Source of the DNA: Auanema rhodensis
Taxonomy: Eukaryota; Animalia; Nematoda
Assembly: GCA_964057225.1 (NCBI GenBank)
Contig: OZ059898.1
Coordinates: 6,014,001-6,078,000 of the forward strand
DNA length: 64,000 nt
Reading direction: 5' to 3'
The position numbers and the translations under genes were made by a program. Positions 15,801 through 28,900 of this stretch are shown here, piece after piece. The notes under the pieces are model-generated. The model made no database searches and was not told where the DNA came from. It saw only the letters and a program-made list of their open reading frames with translations. Positions within the stretch are counted from its first letter, which is position 1. Every line of letters begins with the position of its first letter.

Positions 15801-16770
15801 ACTTCTTAAATCACATATTACTCTACTCTCGTACTTTATTTTCTTAATGTTTTAAAGATTTGTATATAATTTTTTATAATTTTTAATATATTAATATACA
15901 TATAATAATGTATATATATATATAATATATCAAAGATTAAGTTTAGACATTCTCGACATATGTTTTTTTTCGAAAGGAATCGGACAAAAAGAATGAAATG
16001 TCTGAGTAATTGTTTCTTCTCTATTTTCTTTCTTTTTTTTTGTTATTCATAGGTTAAAGAATATTTGGTTAGATATTATACAATTTATTTATATTATATG
16101 TCCTTATTTATTTCAAAATATATAAGGATATGTATTGTTTAATGACTGAATTACTACATAGTAGAGATCTTTTTGAAGAAAAAAAAAGAAAGAAAAAGAA
16201 AAAGAAGGGATAATGAACTACGATAGTACGATGTATAGGATGGGCGAGAGAAGTGACCACCTTGTTCAAGTCTGAAATAGACAAATAAGGATTTCGTGTG
16301 TTCTATCGGCCTTGAACCGGCCTATTCTAATTCAGAAATTTTTTTTTTGTTGAAAACATTCTCATATTGGAAAAGAAGAAGCGAATCATAAGAATTGCAA
16401 AAGAGTCATTAGTTTTCATGTTTGAATCTTGTCTTCAAACGAAGTTTTCAAATCAATCAAAACGATTTTTTTATAAATATTTTAATTATAAATTATATAT
16501 TTTTATTGATTAAAATGTATAATTTTAGTACTTTTAATGTTTTTTAATATATAGTTTGCATGTGAGAGGAAAAAAAAAACTAAAATATACGAAGTATCTC
16601 TAGAAACATGAGACGAAGACATGAAAAAGCTATGAAAATGGAGAATAACCGAATAAAAATAGAATAATAATAATATTAAAATAGCAAAATAATTAAAAAA
16701 TATATAATTAATCTTTTTAACTTTTTTTGCAAATAATAACTATATAACTATACATATTAATAATAAAATA

Positions 16771-16781
16771 TTTTGTTTCAG
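16771..16781 (+). promoter_or_regulatory. Splice acceptor 6 nt before the elo-4 ATG, likely an SL trans-splice site
   Basis: ttttgtttcag immediately upstream of the ATG at 16788; no upstream coding exon is needed. Confidence 0.55.
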
Positions 16782-16787
16782 ATAGAT

Positions 16788-18755
16788 ATGGTATTAGAGT
16801 TTTTAAAATCATTGAATACGTTTGACGTTTATCGAAATGGAACCGATAACAATATGCAATCAGATTATCGATATAAGTAAAGAAAGAAAATGAATTTTAT
16901 TTTTAAAAAATTCTTAATTTCAGATTTGCATTACCATTTGAATATATAGAAAATCCTAAAGAAAAAACAATAGCATTTCAACAATATTGGTATCATGCTA
17001 TAACTATCTCAGTTCTATATTTCATTGCTATTAAAAGTAAAATAGTTATAGTATGATATAACTATAGGCAATTTTATTTATTTAAGTTATTCAACATGCT
17101 ATGAAGGACAGAAAGCCATTTGAATTACGTCTGCCACTGTTTTATTGGAATGGTGGATTGGCTTTATTCAGTATTTTGGCACTTGTACGATTCAGTGAAG
17201 TATGTGAAGATTAGCTCAATAAAGAACTATGTTTATATTTATTACAGGATTTCTTTGAATCATTAATCAACAGAGGATTCTATCAAACAATCTGTTATTC
17301 AGTTCATCCAAATGATGTTGCAGCTTATTGGTGCTTAGCTTTTGCATGGTCTAAAGTACGTTCTACTCCTAACTTATATAGTTAAAACAAATAAATTTAA
17401 TTTCTTTTTAGGTTATCGAGTTAGGAGATACTTTATTTATTGTTTTACGTAAACGTCCATTAATCTTTTTGCATTATTATCATCATGCTGCTGTACTTAT
17501 CTATACAATTCATTCAGGTAAGACTAGAGCAACTTTTTCAACTTTTCTCATCTTGTTTTGAAAAGAAAAAAAACAATCTTTTTGACAAAAAGAAAACATG
17601 TATTATGAGTTTAAAAATTGACGAATGATGATGTTTTTTTAAGGAGCCGAACATACAGCTCCAGGAAGAATCTTTATTTGGATGAATTATTTGGCTCATT
17701 CTTTCATGTACACTTATTATGCCATTCGAGCATATGGTGTTCGGATTCCAAAATGGGTATGTAATCTACCTTGAAAGTACTTGTTTCAACTATAATCCAT
17801 TTCATTTTGTATTATCAGAACAAATTATAGAAAACTTTTCATACATATAGTAAAGAAAACTAAAAATATTGTATAGTTAATATAATTATTCTAAAATATA
17901 GAAAAAGAAGAAGTTATTTTAGTATTTGCAAAGACAAAAAAAAAAGAATTTTTTCTTTATGCTTTTCTCTCATCCATTTTCTTTCGTTGCAGCATAAGCA
18001 ATAAAACAAACATTTTTACTGTTAAAAACTTGACCGCATGCATATATATGTATAGAAAAATAGAGCAATAAGGAAATTTGAGATATATATTTAAATGGTG
18101 AATGAGATGAGAAAGAAAAATGCAGTGAACTCAATGAAAAAATTGACAAAGAAAATGCATACTTGACGAATAAAGTGACAGACTTTCGGCATTTTTGCAT
18201 TTTAATCCAATTCTAAAGAAAGAGTAAGAATGACACATCTTTCTTAGAAATCTTAAAATTGGAAGTATAAGTAAGATGGAAGATGACTGATTTGAAGGTA
18301 TAATAGTACAAATAAACACATATATATGTATAATATATAACAAAAACAAAGCTTAAAGTAATATGAAATAGAAGTATTTTTTATTCTTTCTTTTTGCAAA
18401 TTTTGTAAAATGATATTTATTCAGATATCTATGGCTGTAACTATTATTCAAACATCACAAATGTTGGCAGGAGTAGCAGTTACTTTCTTCGTATATCGTA
18501 TTAAGACCGTGTACAAATGGCCGTAAGTATTATTATTATTATTATTATAATTATAAGAAATCAGAAATCATATATAATATATAATTAATAATATATAATA
18601 ATACTATTTATAGATGCCAACAATCGGTTTCTAACTTATATTTGGCTTTCATCATCTATTTTACATTTGCTCTCTTGTTCATACAATTCTTCTACAATAC
18701 TTATTTCCAACAAAAGTCATCCATCAAGAAAGATCAACGTCAAAAGATTGAATAA
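16788..18755 (+). CDS. elo-4: Very-long-chain fatty acid elongase (GNS1/SUR4/ELO family), 8 exons
   Basis: Spliced translation [15 protein letters not shown]...[15 protein letters not shown]...[42 protein letters not shown]...[13 protein letters not shown]...[15 protein letters not shown]. It contains the HxxHH box and closely matches remembered C. elegans ELO-4. Stop TAA at 18753-18755. Confidence 0.92.
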
Positions 18756-19971
18756 TAGGATATAAAGAAAGTTTTATTTGAAATATTTTTTCTTCAAGTT
18801 TTATAAATAATTATATACTATATAATATAATATAATTGTGTATATTCCATATTTATATATCAAGAAAAAGTATTCAATTATCAAAAAATATTGAGAAAAA
18901 TAGGCAAATACAGCAAAAACAACAGATTATGAAGTTCAGAGTGGGTGTAGTAAGAATGGACAATAGGTTAACCTAACACAGAGTTTATTAAAGCTAACAG
19001 AATATGTCGTTATGACTGAAAGAGTACCAAAATACATCTAAGAGTATGTTCCCATCGGGGTAAATCGCAAAAAAGCCACCATTTTTCGTTCGGAATAACT
19101 TCTCCGGAGGGACAACGTCGGAACATTTCCAGGCGAAGTAAAGAACATCAAACATCTAGGCTTATTTCCATTTAGGGAATAAAAAAGCATGTATAACCTC
19201 TATTTCGACAAATATCCTTTGGGATATGATTTTGAACGACTTAAAATATTTAAAAAGTTGAGTCAAGAATAAAAAAAAATTGTTTGAAAGCATATTATAT
19301 CTTATATATAATGTATATATGTCGATGTGAATATGTTAAATGAGTTTTTACATACAGAAAATCTAATTTAAAAGATATTTTAAAAACAAAGTTAATCTTC
19401 AATCAATTGTGAAATATTTTTTGAAACAAATTTGAACTTTTAAGAACATTTAGTATTTAGTTTAGTTAACTACAAGTATTATTGTCAAGAAAACAAAGTT
19501 GGAAACGAAACGAAACATCCGGTGATGCGATTGTCAGATGAGTGTATGTGTTTGAGTTTTTAAAAATAAATGTTTTTCTTATGTTTCTTTGAAAAAAAAG
19601 GTTCGAGCAAGTCTTAACTCAAAAAATAACTACATATATACATAATATATCACATTTGTCTATATAATCAGTCATATGATTTTAAAAAACATATTTTTTC
19701 CAATAAACTACTCACAAGATAAATTGAAATTAAAAATTGAAAAAGCTTAATTTCAATCAGAATATGAGAAATAATAGTAATTATTAGTAGGCTATTCATA
19801 TTATTTCAGTATTCATGAACCATTTTATGTACTAAATACAATAATATTTATTAAAATAAATACAATAATTATATAAATCTAATAAATTATAAAATTTTTA
19901 TAAAAATAATATATAAATATTAGAATATTAGACTATATTTAGATATAGTCCAAAATGTAAATGAACTTTCT

Positions 19972-22900
19972 TTATGGGAAACTATCAAAAGAATTCAAAA
20001 TATGGTTAATATCCTTGGAAATCTCTTCTGATTCTAAAATTTCACTTGCAGTTTTTTGTTCTAATATATCCAATACTTTTTCACTAAATAAATAAATTAT
20101 ACAAATATATATATATATATGTAATTCATACCTTATAACTTCATTATATTCTTCAGTTATACGTATAGTTTCATTTAATGTATATGTATATATCTATAAA
20201 ATTATATATTTATTTATAAAATAATTTATAAATTCTTACAATTCTATTAAATTGTGGTGAAAGATCTAATTGTTTATTTGTTATAAAAATCATTAATACA
20301 TCATCTTTATGTGTATATAATGAATTATGAAATCGAATTTCTTTTTCTTCCCATTTTGATAATAAAGAATAATATTCAACTGGAGGTACATGATGAATAT
20401 TATAAAATATCTGTAACAACATAAGTTTATTTTTTATTTTGTATATGTGTTATTGTCCATTGTTCAAGAATCATAGATAACATGTTCTTGAGCTGAACAT
20501 TCAGTCAGTGTACGTACAATTGGAGTTGAATTAGATAAATGACGGATTATTCTTTCACATAAATCAGCTTCCATCCAATCTAAACCATCAACATCAATGG
20601 TAACACACTGAGGATGAAGCTTTAAAAGAATGTTGAGAAGAATATCCTTTTCATCAATAAAGAAAGTAAATTGTCTATGATGTTCTATATCTCTGAAATA
20701 TTTTTTTCTCTCAAATAAATAGTTGCTAAAGAAGCATTTTTATGCTTTTACCGCACTATCTCCATTGCCAATACGGAACATGTTGGCTCATGATGTTTAA
20801 TAAGATTTTCTTCTTTTAAATATTTAAGCCAATTTTCTAATAACTGCTTCAATAAAACAAGCATTATGTTATATATTTTTCTATGTAAACTAGAGAAATA
20901 CCTGTTTTGAGATTTTGCTCAAATTTGAAGCAAAATTCGTGTAAGCTGCTTGTAGACAACATTGCCCAACCAAATCCTGTTCTATATTACTGTACTTTAA
21001 GCAATCTTCTGTCCATCTAAATAAATAATTTTATATTTATATATTCTTTTCTGTGTCCACTTCTTTTCTAAAAATTTTAAATTATCCAGTAAGATGCCAC
21101 TTCGGGTACGATATGCAACAAGTTTAGTATCAGCAGATAAATCAAATTCATTTTGTTTACGTTTTTCACTTAACTAAATTAAAATATTATTAATAATTAA
21201 AAATAAATTAATATATTACCAATGTTAAATCTTCTTGTAATGATCTAATAAATGCTTTTGATTCATTATTCTTTATTTGAACATCTTTAATTATTTGATT
21301 TGCTTCTGCTAATTCTTTTCGTTTTTCTGATAAATTATGCAATTTTCTAGAACAAACACATTTTTTTTAAAGATTTTCTTTAGAAAACCTTGATAGTTTC
21401 ACCAAAGCATTTATCCAAATTGATAATTCTGCTGCTAATTCACATTCGGTTCTCATCTTGACTGGACGAAAATCACGACTGTCCACATACTGCTGGACTT
21501 TATCGAGATTTTCACTGGATAAACTATCCTTCAATTGTCATAAAGTTCGAACATTTAGAAGATTTGTATGACATACCACGTCAAATTTCAAGACTCGAGT
21601 GAAGAGTAAGGGAGTTCTTAACATTTTCTGCATTTGAACCCAATTTTCAGACTTGTTATTTTCTAAGAAAAAATGAAAAAAGAAAAATGAATAACTGATG
21701 AAAAAATTGTTTCTCACTTCTTTTGAACTCAGAGCCTACTAAGATTTGTAAAACTTCAGCAACATATCGGCAGCCTATTGATGGTTTTGAGAGTTGCGAG
21801 AATGTGCGATAGTCATTGCAGCTATATATGGCAAGGCTTTTCAAAGCTTTTTGAAATTGATTTTCAGGTTCCTGTAAAGAAAAATTTAATAAAAATTATT
21901 TTTTATATATAATGACTGTTAGTTGTTGTTCAAGAAGTTGTTCAATTGTTGTAACTATACTTCTTTTCAGTTGAAGCATTGTCTCAGCTTCTTCAGTTTT
22001 CTAAATGAAAATACAAATGATCACATGAATAATTAAAAAAACTTTTAATAGTTGTTCCAAAGTATCACTTTTGATATTGATATCATTCTCAAGATTAGAT
22101 AATTCAGTTTCTCTCATACTAATTCTTAAATATATTTATATTATATACTATATGATGGTATTATAAACCTTTCTAATAGTACATTCTCATCCACTTTTTC
22201 TGCTGAAACTTTAAGTTCACGCACATGAGCTAAGGTTGATAATGCTGCAGATACACTGTTTTTCCGTTTTGTGTATTCTCTAAAAATCAAAATTAATTAG
22301 TAAAATGCCTTAAATTATATTTACTGATGTTTTCGTGACCATAGTTGAGCTATTTGATATGTTAAATGATAATATACATTAAAATCCGTAATATTTTTCT
22401 GATTCCATGTACGATGAGTTTGTAGATTTTCAATTCCAATTTTAAATAATTTTTGAATTATATTTACATTCAATATATTATCTAATTTAGCATCTTGAAG
22501 AATTTTCTTTGATACAGTTGTATATTTAGATTCAGATGCCGTCTGAAAATTAGATGTTTGAAGTATGTACCTTCTATGTTAGCTATTTATAGATAGTATA
22601 TGTATATGGAACAAACATACTTTAACATGTATAACAGAGCACCATGAAAAATCTGTTTTCACATGCTGATCAACAAGAAACATTACATGTATAAGGTCAT
22701 GTATTCTCAATTCCATTATTCGGCGTAAAGTTGTTGGTTCTTTTAATACTTCAATTGCCAAAAAACGACATGATCTTTGGCTGAAAATGAAATGAACGTA
22801 TATGCATATAACTTTTCTTGGAATCATCCAAATATTCTTCTACTTACCCAGGCAAACGAATTCCAACACTTTGCATTTGAGCTGCTAATGATTTCTCATT

Positions 22901-25900
22901 TTCAATTAATTGTTCACCACATGCAATGAGTTGCTCATCAGATATTACTCTATTTGTTTCTGGTCTTTCAAGCCAAAGACGAAGATAATCCATCCAACGT
23001 GGTTCAACTCTTGCATACTGTATATTAAATTTAATCAATAATAGATATATTATACTTTATAAGTAAACTTACATCAAAATCCATATGAATCAATACGCAT
23101 ACATGTTGGTTTGAATTCAATGTTGATAATATGGCTCGACCAAAAACATCATATAAACCCTATAATATCGATAATTATTTAATTTATGTTTATCAGAAAA
23201 AGTTACATTAATAAATGTTTCAAATGTACGAACATCCGGATAGAATCGTAATAGCTATATCAAAATAAAATGATATGTTAACTTCTACATAAAAACAATT
23301 AAAACCTGAGCACAGTTGGCTGCTGCAGCAAGTGTTACCATCTGACTTCTTCCCTGGCCAGGTTGTCCACTTAAGCATAAATGCTCTCCAGCTTGTCTGA
23401 TGATGCGACTGATTTGTTGTACATATGAGGAAATATCACTATTAAGATGACTCAATTTATTAAAATAATTGTTTTAATTTAATTACCTATCAATAGCTAA
23501 TTGAATTCGATCTCGACGATGATTTCTATGATATTCAAATAAAAAATTTTCCATAATTGTATTGAAATTCATCATGCATTTTACTGGAACATAGCTTAAA
23601 CCATCATAACTTTCAGTTACATCCATTTCAGAATAAAGAAGATTTTCTAACTGAATAGTATTTGATTTAACAGTTTGGTTTGTTTTCTCCAAATATAGAT
23701 CCTAAAGAAATGAAATTACATGCTATATGATTGAACATAAAGACAGACATCATCTTCATCAGACCAAATTGTCAAGTCTTTCAGTAATTCTTCAACTGTT
23801 TTATCAAAATTCTTTTTAAGAGCAAATCTAATATCTTGTAATAATAGTGGAACTTGATCTTCATCTGATATATCATAATAAAGAAATATAAACATGTATT
23901 CAATACCAAGAGCATCCATTATGACACGAAGACATTCATGTACCCAGAGCCGTATAAACGAAGAAGGATCTGGGGAATTGTCAGGAAAGGCAAATTGTAA
24001 ACCTTTGACAATTCTCATGCACACAGATAATACAGAAAAAGCCTGAAATTTTGTTAAATTGCCAAAACAAACTATAGAAATACCCTTTTATAACATTAAA
24101 TTACTGTAACTTATACAGTAAAGTGCACAGTGCTCTGTTTCGAATTACTGTAACTTATACAGTAATGAGCGCAGTGCTCTGATTCGCTATAATATTAATT
24201 AGCCAATCACAGACCGCTGCAGGATACAGTACTCTACATTTGTACATTCGTATCATTTTTTTGATATTTGAATGATTATGTTTCGATTTGAAACGTTTTT
24301 TTTTTCAATTTTTCAATTAAATAATTTAAACTTACAACATATTGCCTTGTAGCTAAAAATACAGTTGCATATGCTATCGGTTCAAGTAGAGATTGATATT
24401 CAGAACTAAATGATCTGAAATATTCATTAGCTTTACCATATATTTGTTACTAATAGTATTACTTCAAATTCAAATTCCAATTAGTAAGTTGATAAACAAG
24501 AAACTGAAGTTCATCAAATGTTAAAGTTTTCATAGGTAAATTAGAAAATGTTTCCCACAAAGCATGATTATCTTCTAAGCTCATCCAATCTTCATCATCG
24601 GTTATCAAAATAAACTAAACAAATTACTTATATATCTTTTATAATTATACATATTACATAAAATATAATATTAATTATGTATTTTATTTTATCAATCAAC
24701 TAACTTTTAATTGTTTATCTGTAACAACTTTTTTTCCATTTTGATAATATGCACCACAGTCAACAAAAAGTTCTAAAACAGCCAAAAGTGACTCAGCAAC
24801 AGAGAATTTATCCACAACAATGTACTAAAAAGAATATTAAAGACCAAAAACTGATGAACATTGAACTTTTGTTTCATTTGTTTTCACATCCTCAACTATT
24901 CTGGCAAACATCTTCTGAATGCTCTCCAAGCAAACTCTTGATTCATTGCCCAGCCATTGAAAAGATATACTGACATTAGGCTCATTCTCAAGTTGCTTTC
25001 CTAGCATCTGTACTAAATATAGTTAGAACTATTATCAAAACATCGAAACTACTTTAACAAAAGTAGATTTTTGACTATATTGTGCCCCACTTATGATTAA
25101 GTTCTTCCCGAGAGACAACAAGCGAATTCCAAAATGAAGCATTCGATCAAGCACTGGCCAAACAACCTAGACTCTTGCATTTGTTGTATAATTTCAGAAG
25201 TTCATACCACAAGATCACTTAATCGATCTTCTTTTTCTAAACTTGAACGATGATATGGTTGTTCATGCCATTTGACAAGCTTTGAAAAATCCTGAAAACA
25301 AAAGCATTATTTTTGAAGAAATCCAGAAGAATACTGTTGTAGACAACTTCCATTCAGAGAGATTTTGAGGAAGTTTCATAATAGTTTTTGTAAAAGCAGT
25401 AGATATTCGCTTGTGCATCTGAGAAATTAATTAAAAATACAAAACAAAACAATATTATACTGAGAGGTCCAATTCTGTTGGTAGATCAGAATACAAGGCA
25501 AGAAAATTATTAATTAAGGTAATACTTGATACAAACACAGCTTCATATCCATTTGGAGATATTTCACAAAATTCCTTAAAATAGGTTATTTCATTTATAG
25601 TATTTATAAAATAAAAGAAAAAATAAACCTGATGAAGAAGTAACATAATAACATCAGCAATAGGTTTACTTAATGATATACTAGTAACAACTTTTTTAAT
25701 CTAAATATTAAAAAATAAATATATCTTATTCAAAAAAATCAAAAACTTACAATAATTTCAAAAACTTCGATAGATTTAGAATTATTAAGTATATTGTGAA
25801 AGCATGTTTTCCAAGATTTTTCATATATTTCGGATATACTATTCATTAAATCTTTGTTAAAAGTTTCATAAGGAATTCCAAGTGTTTGTAAAATCTCTAG

Positions 25901-28900
25901 TTTTGTTTTCTAAAATTGATAAAAATGATTTGTAAGAATATTCAGATTCAATCAGAACTTACATCAGAATCTGGTATACAAAGCACGCAATGTACTGATT
26001 TTGGGCAGGTTTGCATGCTTCCATCAGGTAAAGTCATATATGGTTTTGGAATAACATTACCGTCATACTTAAATATATGTAAATATAAAATTTTGATATA
26101 TAATTAACATACTCTAAGAAATAAACTACTTAGTATAGGGATCATTTGCCAAATATTACTGAATCCATAAAAAATTGTAATTTTATTAACATCTTCTTTA
26201 ATGTCAAAATTATCTAAATATAGTGAAAACTTACAGAAAAAGTTTATAAGAAACTTTACCATTAGAACTAAAAGCTTCGAATTCTTGGAAAATATCTAAC
26301 AATGCTCCTTCATATTGACAACCAAATCCAGAAGAGCTTCTCATTGATTGTTTCTTAGTTAAACTATCGATATAAAACCATTCAATCTGTATTATATATA
26401 AATTATTATTTATAATTTATATGAAAACAAAAACCTTTTGAGGAAGAAAACTTTGACTTCTTCTCAGAAATGATTTAGCTAACGGTCCAACACAAGCAGT
26501 TACAGTTCTTAATTAAGATTATAAGGTTTCAAAAAAGAAATTAACTAAAACCCATTTTTCAGCTGCTCAGCAAGATGTCCTACTGGACATAATGGCTTGA
26601 TGGAAGGAATAGTTGAAACTTCAAGATCAGCATGTTCTTCTTCAATTTCATTCTATAATGTTTTTTATTTATTTCAGATTTAATAATTATTATACATATA
26701 GTGAAATTTCAATTTTTTCTTCTTCAGCTGGTAATATCTCATTTGATATTTGATATGGTGATATACACATAGGCATATGAACTGTTGATATTGATTCTGT
26801 TGATGTAAAAAAAAGTCGAGGAAAAGCAACTAAAAATTAAAAAAAAATAAAACCAAAAATAAATAAATAAAATACCTTTTCCTGCTTTCTTACGAATTGT
26901 AGTGAAGAGGTTATAAAGACCAGAAGAACTTAACTGATTAATATTTTCAAATACAATAAGAATTGATTCTTTAAACGATGTCTATAAAAAAAATATAAAA
27001 TAAATATTTTAAAATATTTTACCTCAACAACTCTATTATATAATTCATCAATTAGATCTTCATGACAATTTACAAAGAAACATGAAACAAATAATTTACT
27101 GATAACTTTATTTAAAATTTTTCTTGTTAATGCAATTGGCCCAATCAAAAGCATAAATTGACCTTCAGACCACAATTGACACATTTTTTTCCTATAATAT
27201 TTACAATTTGAAAAGAAAATATTTATATTCAAATATAATATATAATATTAAAACTTACGGTAAATAAATATGTTCAATATTTAAATATATAAATTCTATT
27301 ATAATTTTTGTATGTTGTTGATGTGATAAGTTTTCCAAAATAAATTCTCCATCCTTTAAAATATTAAAAATATTATAAAAAATAATTAGGAGCGTACCGT
27401 AAACGAAAGATTGATCTCATCTGGAATTTTTTTAATTTTTAACATTTCATTATACAATTGATTTAACATTTTGTTTGATTGTTTACTATACTCACCACGT
27501 TGATCACTAGATAATATCTTAAATAAGAAATATATTTAAATAATATATAAGTTATATTCTATACTTCAGTTATTTTTTCACAAAAAGCTTTTTCAATTTT
27601 CTCTATCAAGTCTGGACATGTCATACGACGACATTGTGCTTTCGTAATCCTTTCTAATATCATACGATCACCATTATGATCATGAAGTTCTAATAATTCA
27701 TCATTATTAAAAAATAATTTCCGTAAATTTGGAAATATAAGATGAATATGATATGAAATTCTATAATTTAAATAAATAAATTGAAATATTTGATCTATCT
27801 AGTAACGTTTCAACTGGTGTTTCAGCAGATAACAAAGCTAAAAGATGATAATCTGATATAAGAGTTAGTCGTGAATAATTGGAACGAATTTTGTTCATCA
27901 CATATGCAAGGTTCTATAATTAAGTTTTAAGTTATTTATATAAATATAGTTATATACCAATGTAATACTAGACATCATATGTGATATGGTTCGTAACCAA
28001 CATTTTATATGTTTCAAATCCAAAATAAGCAAAACACTACTATCAGAAACAAAGCTTTCTACAAGTTTTTTCCAAAATTTCGCACACTGACGAAACTGTA
28101 GAAATTGTTCCTAAATCAAACATTATTGCTTAATAAGAACAACATATCAATATACTTCAAGTTCGTAACGGGAACGCTCAAATAATCGGGCTACAGTATG
28201 CCATTCCTCCCAAGCAACATACCATTTTCCCAGAGTGCTACGCAATTGTTCAACAATTGAAGTCCATTTACTTAATACTATTATGTTTATATATTAAAAC
28301 GTTGAAACATACTTTAAATTTTTGCTTATGTGAGGTGGAGTAGCATTTGTATCTCGAATATCATGAAGAATTTCAACATCACGAATAGCAGCATTCAACT
28401 GATTTCGTAAATTCGTTGGTTGCTTTAATTTCCAGTAATTAGTTTCTTCTAATTCAAACAAAGCCTAAACGATTGAAACATAAGCTAAATCATGATTAAG
28501 TTAACTGTAGTCCAATACGAAATGACATCATCCAGATGATCAATAATTTTTGCTTCTCGTTCAGCAGCAAAGACTATTGGCTTCAATTGACTAAGGTATT
28601 TATCCAATCCCAACTCGCATAATACGGATACAGTTGAATTGGCATATACAGCCATATCAAAAGCTTGAATATAAAAATTATAATGAATATAACTATGATT
28701 GCTAATTGATTGTAATACTCACACATAACTTCAGACATCTTCTTCCAATGATTATCCAAAAGACGAGGGCAACACATGATTTCCATTACAGCAAAATTTT
28801 TTTTGAAAGCATCAATATCATTTCTCATCTGAAATAACCTTTTAAACATATTTATTGAAAAGAAGAATAGTTAAACCTGAACAATAAACAGTCGAGCAGC

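Noticed and set aside
18940-19240. GC-richer patch with a 53-aa minus-strand ORF between elo-4 and the dynein end, considered as the missing dynein AAA6 exon or an ncRNA
   Set aside because: No resemblance to dynein AAA6 or to an RNA family I recognise, and the dynein exon already ends at an in-frame stop.
24099-24186. CRISPR-like palindromic repeat
   Set aside because: Eukaryotic intron, only two units, near-identical 'spacers' and no cas genes.
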